From positions 166,036,001 through 166,100,000 of the forward strand of contig NC_042999.1 in the NCBI RefSeq assembly GCF_006345805.1: a stretch of 64,000 nt of DNA, written 5' to 3'. The DNA is from Octopus sinensis. Its lineage: Eukaryota. The notes beneath the pieces are model-generated. The model was not told the DNA's origin. It was given only the letters and a program-made list of their open reading frames with translations, and made no database searches. Position 1 is the first letter of the stretch, and every line of letters starts with the position of its first letter. The position numbers were made by a program, and so were the translations under genes. Positions 23,661 through 37,138 of the stretch are shown piece by piece.

Positions 23661-26600
23661 CTGATCATTTCTACGACAAAAATATGAATTCTCTTCAACA
23701 CTGAACTGGCTCTTTTTCTCCTTTTTGGATTACTGAATGCACTCATGAAATTTCCATTATCTGATAGCCTTCATGCAAAAAAGGGAAGTTTCCTTTTGGA
23801 TCCCATGAAGACGAAAAATTTCTATCTTGTAATTCTTTTTGCTGCTTCTACTATAGTGGCCATTTGGCTGCTGAGTAACCCAACACCTAATTTTCAAACC
23901 ATTGTTAAAGAAACTAACAAACACATCAACAGCATCAAGAATTTACCTTCAAGCATCAAACATGCAAAAGAGTTGGATGATGTTGATCCTGAGTATTTAG
24001 AGTTACTTGGCTTTCGAGATGGCAGCAGCAGTCGACGAGAAGACGATGAACGATTTCCTAGCAAGGAGAATGTTAATTTACCTGTCATTGCTAGCGGTGT
24101 TGAGCCTGGTCAATATAAACAAGTCATAGACTTGCTGGAGTCAGTACATCGTTATTTACCTCATAGTCTATTGATTTTATATGACCTGGATATAGATTCT
24201 TCAGAAAATGTCATGGTGAGTTTTTGAAACTACTTAATATTTGGTCTCTTTGTATGTTTATCGTATGTTTATCATTTTGTGTGTTTATCTTTATCTTTGT
24301 ATGCGTATCTCTTTCTCATTTTTAATTTTTAACTTAAAAAAAAAAAATACAAACTTCACTTAACTTCATCAAGCACCATAACAAATGTTTCAAATCTTTT
24401 ATTGGACAACTTAAAGTATATAAAGGTTAAAAAATTAGTATTTTTTTTGTAAAGAGATATCTTGTCATTCAAGAAACTCATGAAAGGCATGTAGAGTGAG
24501 TGATGGAGTTAGGACTCTAATAGTGTGACATTTTTGATATGTGAATGATTTTGACATAAAGTGGACATAAATAACCTTGGTTAGTATATGCCTAGTGGGT
24601 TTTTCTTACTAATTTCTGTTGTTTTTAAGGACTAGCCTGAAATCCTGAAAGCGTATAAGGATAGGAAAATTAAAACTTGTTGAATCCTCTGTGGACTGAA
24701 TTTGTTGGCATATAAGGCCCACTTTTCCTATTTAAAAAAAATATCTGACAATAATCTCAGGTTTTATATGCAAAATTGAGCTATTGGTGAAGGCCAAAGC
24801 TGTGTGGTAAGAAGATTGTTTCCCCACCACATGGTTCCTGGTTCAGTCCTACTGAGTGGCGCCTTGGGCAAATGTTTTTACTATAGCCTCAGGGTCAACC
24901 AAAACCTTGTGAATGGATTTAGTAGATAGAAACAGAAAGAAGTTCATCACATGGTAGTGTGTGAATAATATTTTTAAGGTCAACATTTACTCACTTGCAA
25001 CCACCTCTAGGCTTTGTCACTAATTCAGTTTTTGAACAAATTTCATGATGTTTATATGTTTTTGGATTGGTCATCTCTTAAGCTACATTTTGAGCTACAA
25101 AATTTGAAATTTGGTTCAGTAGAAAAAAAGTTGAGATTTCAAATATGTAAGAGAAATGTGTTCGCATGGATGATGGTTCGCTTGCGCTAAATGAGGATGC
25201 AAAGAGAGAGGTTTGGAGACGCCACTATGAAAGGTTGCTGAATAAAGAAAATGAATGGGATAAAGAGAGTCTGCCGAATGTGGACCCAACAGAGAGACCA
25301 GCTATCTGAATTGACAGTACCTTGGTAGTTAAGGCAATTAGAAGCATGAAGACAGGGAAAGCCCCCGGCCCATCAGGAATTACTGCAGAGATGCTCAAAA
25401 TATCTGATAGTGTCGGCTATAGCCTAGTCACCCGTATAGTTAACCAGGTGATACACAAAGGAGTCATACCCAATGACTGGTATAGCAGCATAATAGTCAA
25501 CTGCTACAAAGGTAAAGGTGACACCCTAGATACAAATAACTACAGGGGTATCAAGCTGTTGGATCAGGTCATGAAGGTTACGGAGAGGGTCATAGCCCAA
25601 CTAATTAGAGAGAGAGTTAGTTTAGATGAGATGCAGTTTGGGTTCGTGCCAGGGAAAAGTACCACTGATGCTATATTCCTGGTAAGACAGCTGCAGGAGA
25701 AATACCTAGCCAAAGATAAGCCCCTGTACCTGGCTTTTGTTGACATGGAGAAAGCCTTCAACAGGGTCCCCCAATCCCTTATCTGGTGGTCAATGAGGAA
25801 ACTAGGGATAGATGAATGGTTAGTGAAAGCTGTGCAAGCCATGTAAAGGGACACTAAGTAAGGTGAAGGTTGGCAACGAATACAGTGAAGAATTCAGGGT
25901 AGTGGTAGGGGTCCACCAAAGTTCAGTCCTCAGCTTCTTCCTATTTATCATAGTCCTCCAGGCAATAGCGGAGGAATTCAAGACTGGATGCCCCTGGGAG
26001 CTCCTCAATGCTGATGACCTTGCTCTAATAGCTGAGTCACTATCAGAACTAGAAGAGAAGTTTCAGGTGTGGAAATAAGGATTAGAATCAAAGGGCCTTA
26101 GAGTCAATCTAGCTAAAACCAAAGTCTTATTAAGTAGAAAGGCAGACAAATCACAAACGCCTTCAGGTAGACGGCCCTACTCAATCTGTAGAAAAGGTGT
26201 AGGTAGAAACTCCGTAAGATGTACCCAGTATAAGCCATGGACACATAAGAGGGGCAGCAATATCAAAGGAAGGCTAACTGGGCAGATAGTTTTTGTATGT
26301 GGCAAACGCTCAGGAGCAATAAACACTGAAAATGTGCAGAGAACATCTTCCGTCACTTTCCAGGGGGAAAAACTAGAAGTAGTCGATAGCTTCCGTTACC
26401 TAGGTGACCAAGTCAGTAGCAGGGGAGGGTGCCCTGAAAGTGTAGGTGCTAGAATAAGAATAGTCCGGGCAAAGTTCAGAGAGCTCTTACCGCTGCTGGT
26501 GACAAAGGGCCTCTCGCTCAGAGTAAAAGGCAGACTGTATGACGCTTGTGTACAAACAGCCATGCTACATGGCAGTGAAACATGGGCTGTGACTGCTGAG

Positions 26601-29600
26601 GACATGCATTAGCTCACAAAGAATGAAGCCAGTATGATCCGATGGATGTGTAATGTCAGTGTGCATATTCAACAGTGTAAGTACCTCGAGAGAAAATTTG
26701 GACCTAAGAAGCATCAGATGTGGTGTGCAAGAGAGACAACTGTGCTGGTATGGTCATGTGGCGAGAATGGATGAGGATAGCTGTGGGAAAAAGTGCCACA
26801 CCCTAGCAGTTGAGGGAACCTGTGGAAGAGGTAGACCCAGGAAGACCTGGGATGAAGTGGTGAAGCACGACCTTCAAACATTAGGCCTCACCAAGGAAAT
26901 GACTAGCAATCCAGACTTTTGGAAATATGCTGTGCTTGAGAAGACCCGGCAAGCCAAATGAGACCATAACTCATGGCCTATGCCAGGAGCGTAACCAGTC
27001 TGCCTATGCGTACCTTTTCCTTCTTTGGACACTAAACTCTGCTTGCGAAGACCTGTTGAGGCAAGTGAAATCAAAATCAAAATTGATGCCTGGCATCCGT
27101 GCTAGCAGGGTACAAAGAGCACCATACGAGTGTGATCGTTGACAGAGCAGCTAACCGGCTTCCATGCCAGTGGCATATAAAAGGCACCATTCAAGTGCGA
27201 TCGTTACCAGTGTCGTCTTACTGGCACTTGTGCCCGTGCTAGTAGGGTGCCAAGAGCAACATCCGAGCGTGATCGTTGCCAGAGCAGCCAACTGGCTTCC
27301 GTGCCGGTGGCATGTAAAAGAGCACAATTCGAGCGTGATTGTTACCAACGTCGCATTACTGGCACCTGTGCCGGTGGCATGTGTAAAAAGATTCGAGCGA
27401 GGCCATTGCCAGTACTGCCTAACTGGCATGTACAAAGCACCCACTACACTCTCGGAGTGGTTGGCGTTAGGAAGGGCATCCAGCTGTAGAAACTCTGCCA
27501 GATCAAGATTGGAGCCTGGTGCAGCCATCTGGTTTGCCAGCCCTCAGTCAAAATTGTCCAATCCATGCTAGCATGGAAAGCAGACGTTAAATGATGATGA
27601 TGATGAATGTCAAAAAGGGGAGAATAGCTCCTGGAATCAACTTGAGGCATATTCACACAACGCTGCATACATACTTTCATAAATACACATTCAAGCAATG
27701 CACACACACAAACAAACAAACAATGCACATTCACACACATACATATACATAAGTAACTTTTAAAATGCCCATGAAGGGAAACAAAGGTTGAGTGTGATGA
27801 GTACGTAGATTTAAGGGGGTAAGTTGACTACAATTGATGACAAATGGACTCTTTTCTGCTGTCTATCGTAAATAAACACACGCACACACACACACACTTA
27901 TTGCAGAAAAATGTTACTGAGGTTTAAAGCTTAATCATTTTTGCCAAATCAGAAAACAGGATTTAGAAGCTGGCATTTTCTGCGTGGTAGTTGTCTATCA
28001 CAAAATGAAAGCAAAATCCTTATATGAGGAGGAATTTTTATTAAGCAAAAGCCAAGCAATATGATGACCAAAGTTAGCTTTTTTTTGTGAATATTCTTTT
28101 TGGGATTGTGTTTTGGCATTTCATCTCTATCCAACCAATGTGCAGAATGCTTGCTATTGTTGAAAAGAATCCATTTTCCATCACACGTAACAATAAAACT
28201 TAGATAAACTTAGATATGTTTCGACCAAAGATTGGTCCAGGCCTTGTCTAACTTAATAGCACCACCTGATAGGATTATTTGAATCCTGTTTAAGTCAAGT
28301 TTTGTTTATGGTCCATTCAAGTAGTGAGTTCTTGTTGGTCGAGTTGCATCCAATTATGGGTGGCTTATCTGGTATTCTTTGAAGGAATCTATCCAGACTC
28401 CGTTTAAAGTTGATGGGATCCTTTTCCTCTTTGATCTCTTTCGGGACAATGTTAAATAGGGCAGGGCCTGTTGAGGAAAAGAAATTATGTTGCAGTGTAC
28501 ATGTATGCTGTGATCTTGAATTGAATATGATGCAAGAACGGTTTGCTTTTATACCATGACAGCAAGTTTCAAGATGATATGTCATTTGATGCTTGTCCAG
28601 TCTGCGTGATACCCATTTGTCCAGCTTCTTTATTTTGCTGATTTGTTTCAGATGGTCCAATACAATTGGAATCAAAACATTAAACCTTACTGCTAACTAA
28701 TGTGTAGTTTGAGATGTATCCGCTTCCACTACAGTTTCCAGTTCACCATTATCCACCTTGGTCTTAGGTCTACCATGGGGTAGATTTTCAAGAGTAAAGT
28801 CACCAGACCGGAACTTCTCAAACCTTCAATGTACATTGCGCTCATTTGCCACATCTTCACCAAACTGATGTTTTTAGTTGTCTGGGATGCATTGGTTCCA
28901 CGACAGAACTCATATTCATTAACAACACAAATTTTTGATCTCTCTATAGGTTCACAAAAATTGATTTACAAGAGAAAACTCACAATATAATCAGACACCA
29001 TTGAACTGTATTTCGAAAAGTGATGATGTAACTCTTTCAATGTTGTAAAACAAAGAATTGTCAGAATAAAACATTAGAATTAACGACTGTCAAACTGGGT
29101 ACAGAAGAAAATCAGACATTCCATTCTTAATGACCTGATAGTATTTTTTTAAACATCAAATGGCTAGGAAAGTCCACCTGAGTAAAATAGGAATCAAAGG
29201 AGCCCATAGGTAAAAAAAAAAAAACAGTTGAGAAACACTGGTCTGAAGTCTTTATTTTATTCTTCATTTCATTTGAACTTGTCACCTTTATCTGTAATTC
29301 AGAAGTTTTTTAACACCAATATTAAAATAAATTCAAATGTCTTATATATACATACACACACACCAAGCTGATTTTAGATTAACAGTCCATCTGCTTTGAT
29401 GTGCTTTGTGCTATAGGTTAATGATTAGTAGATCTCAAAATTTGTAGAATGTTTCAAATGCAAGTGATTTATATTCAGCTAACATGTTGCATATTGGCCA
29501 TAGAAACAAAATAATGTTTACATTTTCATATGTTTTCAAAAGACCATGAAACTATTTATGGTTCATCCTATTGGAGTTTATCTCTGTCTTATTATCTCCT

Positions 29601-32600
29601 GTCATCTTATTTGAGTTGATTTCATATTCAGCTAAACTGATAATGCTACTTAATCCTTGCTGATTTCATAATGATGTATTGTTTAAAAGAGTTGAAATGG
29701 AAAATTTTAAACTTTAATCCTTTAACTGTGAAATTAAATTTCATGGTTATTCCAGTAATGATAAATATCTACAAAAAACAGAGTTGGTATTTTCAGCGAG
29801 TCATGTTGTCCCAGTAAATTCGACATTTCTCAACTGAAAATAGTTTCAGACATGACATTTCTCAACTAAAGAAGATCGTATATAAAACTACTTTCTACAG
29901 TTAAGGGTGAGGACATTTGGAGTGGATATATCTGCTTTCCACAATGAAGTAGGAACTTAGTGTCTTTTCAAGTTTGATTTTCTCAACCATCTTCCTCTTA
30001 TCATCCTTACTGTATATCAGCTTTGAAAGCTCCATATGTTTCCTCTCTTCATAGCTGAAAATCCTTGGAAACATCCTCTCCTGACCATTATTTTGCTGTA
30101 GACATTCTTTTATAAGAATTCAAAGAAAACATCAATCTCAACAATTTGATAGTTCCTGCAAATATTACATTGTGTAACAAAATTTTAATTATTTTTTTGT
30201 CTTTGGTCAGTAAGTGTTATTTCCTATTCACTTCTATTTAGAAATCAAAGGAAATGACTACCGTTCCCTTCAAACTTTGTTTTTATGACCTGTTTTAAAA
30301 CTGACCTATTTTCCATTACATTTCAGACAGATTCAGTGCTGAGTTGCTGAAGCAGAAATATTGTTATAGTAAATATTCTGCTCAATACCACAGATTTGCT
30401 TGTCAGTTGCTTGACCTTAACCACTAAGGTGTAAAATACAAAAATTATTTTAAGCAAATAAAATTTCAAGTGTTTAAACCAGAAACTTTAATTACACTTC
30501 CTCTTCTTTTTAGACAACATAATGATTTTGGGAACAGTTATCTAAGTGAGATACTTCTATCTTAAGACAATTGTATTTAACTTGTTCGAGATGTTTTATC
30601 TTAGCCATGTTATTCATTTCATCTACTTAAATACCCTTTTTTCATTTGTGTGTTTTCTTCTAGCTAAAGAAACATTGTAACAACACCAAATCGTGTATTC
30701 TGACTCCTTTTGACTTCAAGCGTTACCCCTCACATTTAAAAGATTTGTCTACTAAAAGTTATCGACCGCTCTGTATTCAGGTAAGTGGTAACACATCACT
30801 AAATTCCAAGCCACTTTTACAATTTATTAAAACCTCATCTACTTTTCAAAATTACAGGTATGTCTCATCACTTAACAACACTCACAACGTAACGAGGGAG
30901 CTTGTATGTGGTTGCCCGACCTGTTAGAAATAGTAAGCTAGATCATCCAAATATTGTTCCCTATTGTCTTAAAAAGAGATGCACATTGAATAACGTAGGC
31001 CTAAATCCACTACATCTACACTATTAGGATGCTTTTCACCTTAGGTCTGATTGGTCAGAGTTGACCTGGGGTTAAACAATCATCACACTCCTGATGCCTT
31101 CTCTCTTCCTGCGAGAATCTTCACCACAAGAACATGCTTATTAATCAGAACCTATTCTACTGTAACTCATTACCTTTTCCTGTCAGAGTCCATTCTATGA
31201 CACATTACCGCTTCTTGTTTGAACTCATATCTTACTCAAATCCCTTGGCCGTGTGATTAAGAAATTTACTTTCTGACTCTATGGTTTTGGGTTCAGCCCT
31301 ACTGTACAGCCCCTTGGGCCAACCAAAGCTTTGTGAATAGATTCGATTGAAAGATACTGAATGATGAGGGTCTGTTTATCTGTTTGTCACTCTATATGAT
31401 TGGATTTGGTATACGGAAACTAAAAGAAGCTTGTTGTATATACATGTGTGCGTGTGTCAATGTTGGTTTATTTACATCCCTGTAACTTAATGGTTCAGCA
31501 AAAAGAGACTAATAGAATAAGTACCAGGCTTAAGAGAAAATAGTATTGATTGATTCAACTTTTAGTTCTTCAAGGTGGTGCCCCAGCAGGGTCGCAGTCT
31601 AATGACTGAAACAGATAAAAGATATATGTGAAGCTTGCTTCCCAACTACATGATTCTGGGTTCAGTTCCACTGTGTGGCACCTTAGGCAAGTGTTTTCTA
31701 CTATAGCCCTGGGCCAACCAAGCCCTGTGAGTGGTTTTGGTAGACAGAAACTGAAAGAAACCTGTTGTATATACACTGAACTGCAAAAGAGATAAATTTT
31801 GATAAATCTGATAAAGTCAATTTCTTGGATGTACTTCGACTATAGTCTATGAGTCATTGTCGTGTTCTGGTAGTGGGTTGTGTATACCTTCCCTGGGTGT
31901 TCAAAACGTCCATACACCATTGGTACAAGGAGTGCATGAGGAAGTTCACAAAAGCCATTGGCACCCATGCCCACACACTGAGGAAAGCTGCCTCCAGTTC
32001 TACACGTGTGGTCGACCTGTTTCAGATGTCCCTGGATTTCATCCCACAGGTGTTCAGTTGGGTTCAAATCCAGGCTGAGAGCCAACCACAGCATGGTTCT
32101 GATGTTGTGCTAATGCAGGAAGTTCATAGTGACCCTGGCTATGTGGGAGGGAGCATTGTCCTGCTGGAACACGTGGCTCTGGTGACATGCAAAGATGGGC
32201 ATGATATGAGGTCTTAGGATCTGGTCAACAAGTGCTGTGATGCCATTCCCTCTGCCTGCACCAACATTTTGGAACACATGGGGCCCAGTTCCCTGATTCA
32301 AGCCTATAACACCCCAAACATGATGTATTAGCCACTCCATTCATTTCTGTAGCGTTCACCCCCTCCTACGCCACACCCTCACCCTGCCATCTGAGGTGGA
32401 AACACAGTACCGGCTCTCATCAGAGAAGACTATTCAACACCCATTGTCGATGCCACCAATGTCATGCAATGTAGCCCAGTGTAGTCATGCCTGACAGTGG
32501 TGGGCAGTGAGGACAGACCCTCGAGCAGTCAAGGACAACACAGGTTGTTGGCGGCCAGTTGACATCGTACTGTGTTGTCACTGTCCAGTGCTAATGGTCT

Positions 32601-35600
32601 TGCAAGCTGTCCTGCTGGCCATTCTGAAGCAATCACGGAGGTGTTGCAGGTAGATGAAGCAGTCCTACTTGGATGTGGTCACTTGGGGCTGCCCTCTGCG
32701 AGCACGTTCTGCAGTTCTGTTGGTGGTGTTGTATTGCTGTTGCAGGCAATAGATGGTGCTGACATGGACATTGTAAGCTTTCGCAACAACCAAGGCACAC
32801 TACCCTGCTTGCAATCGGCCAATAGCTTCTTCTCTCTGTGCTGCTGACAGTCGGGTCATACCTGATGTGTCCAAATTACGAATGCCAGGAACGCAGTTCA
32901 AGTTGATTTTTATATCCATAACCTCCCCAAGATGCACATGCATTTCAGTTTTCATGACAATTGTTTGTGATTGCCACCCACAGCATTCAACACAGCTGCA
33001 TTTTGACATCTCATTTCAGGATAAGTTGAAAGGTTACCTGCAATTTGGGTCTCAGCTGTGAACCAGCATGTCTTGGTTTATTTATGTCCCTGTGTCTTGA
33101 TGATTCAGCAAAATGGGACAGATAAAATTATCAAACTTAAAATGAGTCCTGGGTTCAATTTGATCAACTAAATCCTTTGAGGCTTAAATCCCCAGTGGAA
33201 TCCATTGACTGAAACAAGTCCAAGAATAGTATAATTGTCACTACACTATACATCCCTGAAATAGTATAATTGTCACTGAAATAAATTTTCAGAATTTACC
33301 ATATAGAAATGACATTTGAAAAAACTATGTTTCTTTTGCGGTTCAGTGTATATCTATGTGTATACATCTTTGTGTTTGTCCCTCTCACTACTGCTTGACA
33401 AACGGTGTTGGTGTGTTTACGTCACTGTAACTTAGCAGTTCAGCAAAAGACATCAACAGAATAAGTAGCAGGCTTAAAAAAGAAGTACTGGGTTAAATTC
33501 ATATGGCTAAAAATTCTTCAAAGCAGTGCCCCAACATGGCCACAGTTTAAAAACTGAAACAAGTAAAAGATAAAAGATATATAACATGTGTGTATTTAAT
33601 CTCTTCTTGACTTCAACTGAGTGTCACCATCATACAAGTGATGCTGTTTGATTCCAACCTTCTAAAAAAAACAATTTTTGGCTATGGGAAATTTTACTTT
33701 GCTTGGTAACAGGTAAGGCTTAGTGACAGGAATGACACCCAACCATAGAAAATTTGCTTTAAATAATTCCATCTGTCTGATGCATGCATGGAAAAGTGAA
33801 CATTAAAAACAATGATGATCTCTTTTTGACATCTTACCAGTAAATACCAATTTGCAATAGTCCAATCTGTGTTAACTTCTAATTAAAAGTCAAGGAGGAA
33901 ACCTGTGTCATTGCTAGAAATGGCTTTGGTTTAGAAATTCATTTTGCAACCATGAAGTTTTCAGTTTACCCCTACTGCATGATGCCTTGAGCAAATGTCT
34001 TCTACAGATCTCAGCTGACCAATGTTTTGTGAGAGAATTCGGAAGACAATATCTGTCAAAGCCCATCATATTTACTTGTTTGCCTGTGCATCTTTGTGTT
34101 TGTTGGTTTATTTATGTCCCTGTGTCTTGATGATTCAGCAAAATGAGACTGATAAAATTATCAAACTTAAAATGAGTCCTGGGTTCAATTTGATCAACTA
34201 AATCCTTTGAGGCTTAAATCCCCAGTGGAATCCATTGACTGAAACAAGTCCAAGAATAGTATAATTGTCACTACACTATACATTCTGTAGGCTGTGATTT
34301 GATGGAGATTTTGGAGTGACATCTGGCATTGACTTGCAACAACTTGGTTTATTTGATTGTCACAGACTAAACGCACATTGGGTTTGTACTGACAATATTA
34401 TTCTCTGCTAATGTTTGCAATGGTTTCACGGTACAGTTTGTGGAAGATTTAGGCTATTGAGGGCACAGTCATGTCTGTGCAGTTAAGAAGGTTATTTTAC
34501 AACCATATGGTCCAAGCTTTGTCCTCACTGTGTACGAACTTGGTTGTCTTGTAATTTGGTGGTTTGACAATTACTAGTAGACTGAAATAAGTATTGAGAT
34601 TGATATGATGCACTGAACCTTTAAAGGTGGTGACCTAACATGGCTGCAGTTTAATGACTGCAATGTATTGGGCTGCACCCATGGACAGTCCAGTGACCAT
34701 GGAGCCAGTAAAAGAATGGCAGTTACAAATGTAGTTTTTACTGTCTATTTCTGTTTAAACAATAGCAAAAAGAAATGGTTTGATAAGCATTTGAAAATAC
34801 ATGAACTGATGTTTATATTTTAAAATACTGGACTATATGGCCAGAAATTTAGATCTGGCTTTAACCATTGCATTTTATGGATATGCAAGGCTCTAACACA
34901 CCAATGAGAGAGCCTCTGCATGGATTTCTCAGATTCTGAGAAATAGCTACAAAATCTTGTTAAATTACACCCTTTTTAAGAAGGAAGGATGCTTTACACG
35001 AGGGAGTCCGATGCATAATGGAGAAATACATGTAAAATGATAGTGGCCCAGGACACACAAAATCTGAAAATTAGTTTTTAATTTATAATTCATAGATTTA
35101 CTCAGATGAAGCTTGTTAAAATAAAACCATTTTCAAAATATTTTCTTCAATCCTCGAAAGCTTTGTCTTGAATAATGTAATATTTTCTTTTACTGTTTCA
35201 GGAAATACTGAATCGCTATGGTGGAGTTATTTGGGCTGACAGCTCAGAGCATTTCATAACTAACAAGATGAACCAGAGTGTGACGCAGGCCCAAACTATA
35301 GGTCTTGTTGCTTGGACTATTAAAGAACCAACATCGTCATTAACTCACCCTAAAATGTTTCAGTATTTTAAAACAAAGCCAGAAAATTATTATTTCCATC
35401 GAGCAGTTGAGTCATCTCACCTAATTGTATTCAACCTGGATCGCATCCACCATGAATTGATGTTACCATGGGTACGGTGTGCACTGACACAAGAGTGTAT
35501 TAGTCCGACAGGGGCTCAGAATGTTGGTTGCAATTACCAGCGTAAACCTTTGTTCCGTTATTCAGGTTGTCATCGTTATGACATGTCTGCTTTGAATGTT

Positions 35601-35738
35601 ATCCTCGGACTTTTGTTTAACTTTAACACAAAACATTACACTGCCCGACAACAAGTTTTTGGTGTGTTGAATAAAGAGAGAATATCAGGAAAAAATTTGA
35701 CTGCACCATTATATATTTCCAAACTGAGATATTTGTAA
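23661..35738 (+). CDS. DUF1647-family type II membrane protein (putative glycosyltransferase), 3 coding exons, about 374 aa (354 aa from the second Met at 23805)
   Basis: join(23745..24215,30664..30780,35202..35738), both introns phase-0 GT-AG. N-terminal TM FYLVILFAASTIVAIWLL, YRPLCIQEILNRYGGVIWADSS and C-terminal GCHRYDMSAL motifs recalled from DUF1647 proteins. Confidence 0.85.
23745..24215 (+). CDS. DUF1647 gene, coding exon 1 (exon starts at 23661)
   Basis: Acceptor TTCCTTTTCAG| at 23660, 157 codons, donor ATG|GTGAGT at 24216. Confidence 0.9.
25150..27606 (+). mobile_element. 5'-truncated RTE LINE with disrupted RT and intact 3' UTR
   Basis: ORFs 25322-25846, 25863-26078, 26334-26612 and 26653-26961 give KAPGPSGITAEML, QFGFVPGKSTTDAIF, AFVDMEKAFNRV, LNADDL, FRYLG, GRGRPRKTW. 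3' UTR has tandem repeats and a (TGA)n tail. Confidence 0.95.
28200..28510 (-). mobile_element. CR1/L2-group LINE 3' end
   Basis: HNFFSSTGPALFNIVPKEIKEEKDPINFKRSLDRFLQRIPDKP...NSLLEW (RT C-terminus) followed by a short 3' UTR. Confidence 0.75.
28520..28990 (-). mobile_element. mariner transposase 5' fragment (pseudogenised)
   Basis: YEFCRGTNASQTTKNI..FGEDVANER...FEKFRSGDFTLENLPHGRP...VLDHLKQISKIKKLDKWVSRRL (WVPHEL-like motif). Confidence 0.85.
30664..30780 (+). CDS. DUF1647 gene, coding exon 2
   Basis: TTTTCTTCTAG| acceptor, 117 nt encoding LKKHCNNTKSCILTPFDFKRYPSHLKDLSTKSYRPLCIQ, donor CAG|GTAAGT. Confidence 0.9.
31774..33348 (-). mobile_element. Full-length degenerate Tc1 transposon inserted into a SINE A linker
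   Basis: TA|CACTGAACTGCAAAAGA ... TCTTTTGCGGTTCAGTG|TA (17-bp TIR, 1 mismatch, TA TSD). Transposase from ATG 32859 (MTRLSAAQREEAIGRLQAG) with FQQDNAP and SLDLNPTEHLW motifs. SINE head at 31634-31773, tail at 33349-33580. Confidence 0.95.
35202..35738 (+). CDS. DUF1647 gene, coding exon 3 (stop TAA)
   Basis: TTTTACTGTTTCAG| acceptor. EILNRYGGVIWADSSEHF...PWVRCAL..ECISP.GA...GC...RKPLFRYSGCHRYDMSALNVILGL. Confidence 0.9.
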   Translation, partial: EILNRYGGVIWADSSEHFITNKMNQSVTQAQTIGLVAWTIKEPTSSLTHPKMFQYFKTKPENYYFHRAVESSHLIVFNLDRIHHELMLPWVRCALTQECISPTGAQNVGCNYQRKPLFRYSGCHRYDMSALNVILGLLFNFNTKHYTARQQVFGVLNKERISGKNLTAPLYISKLRYL

Positions 35739-37107
35739 TGCTTGTTATTAAGATATGGAGAATTGAAAGGAAATGTAAAGTAAAAAGCAACATGGAAAAT
35801 CTGTAATGACATATCTTTAGCAATGTGGTAAAATATTGTGTGAAGGTGTGGCAAAAAAAAAAGACGTCTCTTTTATTCAGGTAAACTGGGTATCACCAGT
35901 GGTTCACTTCTGTCCCGCTTGGTTCATATGTTTGTTTTATCAAGGGTAAGAAGACATGTGTTGAATGTATTCCTTCAGTCATGCTGACTTCTTGAGGCAG
36001 TTTGAAAGCATTGTTTTGCCCTGTCATCTAACTAACATTGGGGATGATATTGATGGTGGTTTCTGCTAACAACTTCTCCTTTATTTCTTTTATTAAATTT
36101 TTCATTGTCTATTTGCTGCTGTCATTCAGTGAGATAGCAGCTATAAATATTAATTATTAATTTACTTATATTAATAGCAGCTATCACTCCATTTCAAGGT
36201 GACAGTTCAGACGAAAAGCTTTCACTTATTTAAATGAAAACCTCTACTGTATTACTTTAATGTTCCAAAGGAAGAAAGATTCCTCTTTATTTACAATTCA
36301 TAGCCTGACTTAATCTTTTTTTTCTCTAAGAGTAAGAAATTGAAAAAAAAAAAAAAAAAAAAGAATCCTATAAATTGATTGGCTTGAATTGGTTTTATTT
36401 TGAAGATGAATCTTTTTGTTTCTTTCATATGTATTCATTTTTTTTATTTATATATTTAATTATTTTAACATTTGGCGTTTGCTCTGTTAAATACAAAGTT
36501 TTAGTTTCTAACTTATTTACTGAATGCTTATTAAAGTTGCCTTTTTTTCCATTTTTTCGAGTCTTTGAGAGATTAAAAAAAAATTAATATAACTAATTGG
36601 GTTTTATTAAAACTAAGAGTTTTAAACTGAATAACTGGTGATTAAAGTTTGAGATGTGGCAGAACCATACTCTATAAAGAGGCATGATAAAACTACAATG
36701 CTTTTTGTTGGAAGGGATGAGTTTAAGAGTGCACATTGTGTTATGACAATACTCTGATTTTCTCAAATATTTGAGAATAAGGGAGAATGGCTGTGAAATA
36801 TTAAAAAGAAAAAAATTTGAAAAAGATGATGGAAAATGAATATTTTTTTGTTTTTTATATTCACTTTTGTTTTGCTGTAAAATATTTTTCATTGATAAAA
36901 TGTTGAAGTCAAGTTATTATCACACAATAAACACAAAATTGAATCTGTTATCTTTCACTGATTTAAAATCATATGTAATAGTTAACATATACACTTAGTA
37001 CATAACTAAAATAGTACAATAAAGCTTTTTGTTTTTTTAAATTTCTACTGAACACTTAGTGTTAAGGTATTTTGTCAGAGAAACACAAATATGTATTTAT
37101 GTAATCA

Positions 37108-37138
<31 letters not shown>

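Noticed and set aside
27130-27440. Repeat-spacer-like array (GTGGCATGTAAAA.GCAC...) also at 8740-9010
   Set aside because: Degenerate tandem repeats within the RTE 3' UTR. The intervening parts are related to each other, there are no cas genes and the context is eukaryotic, so it is not CRISPR.
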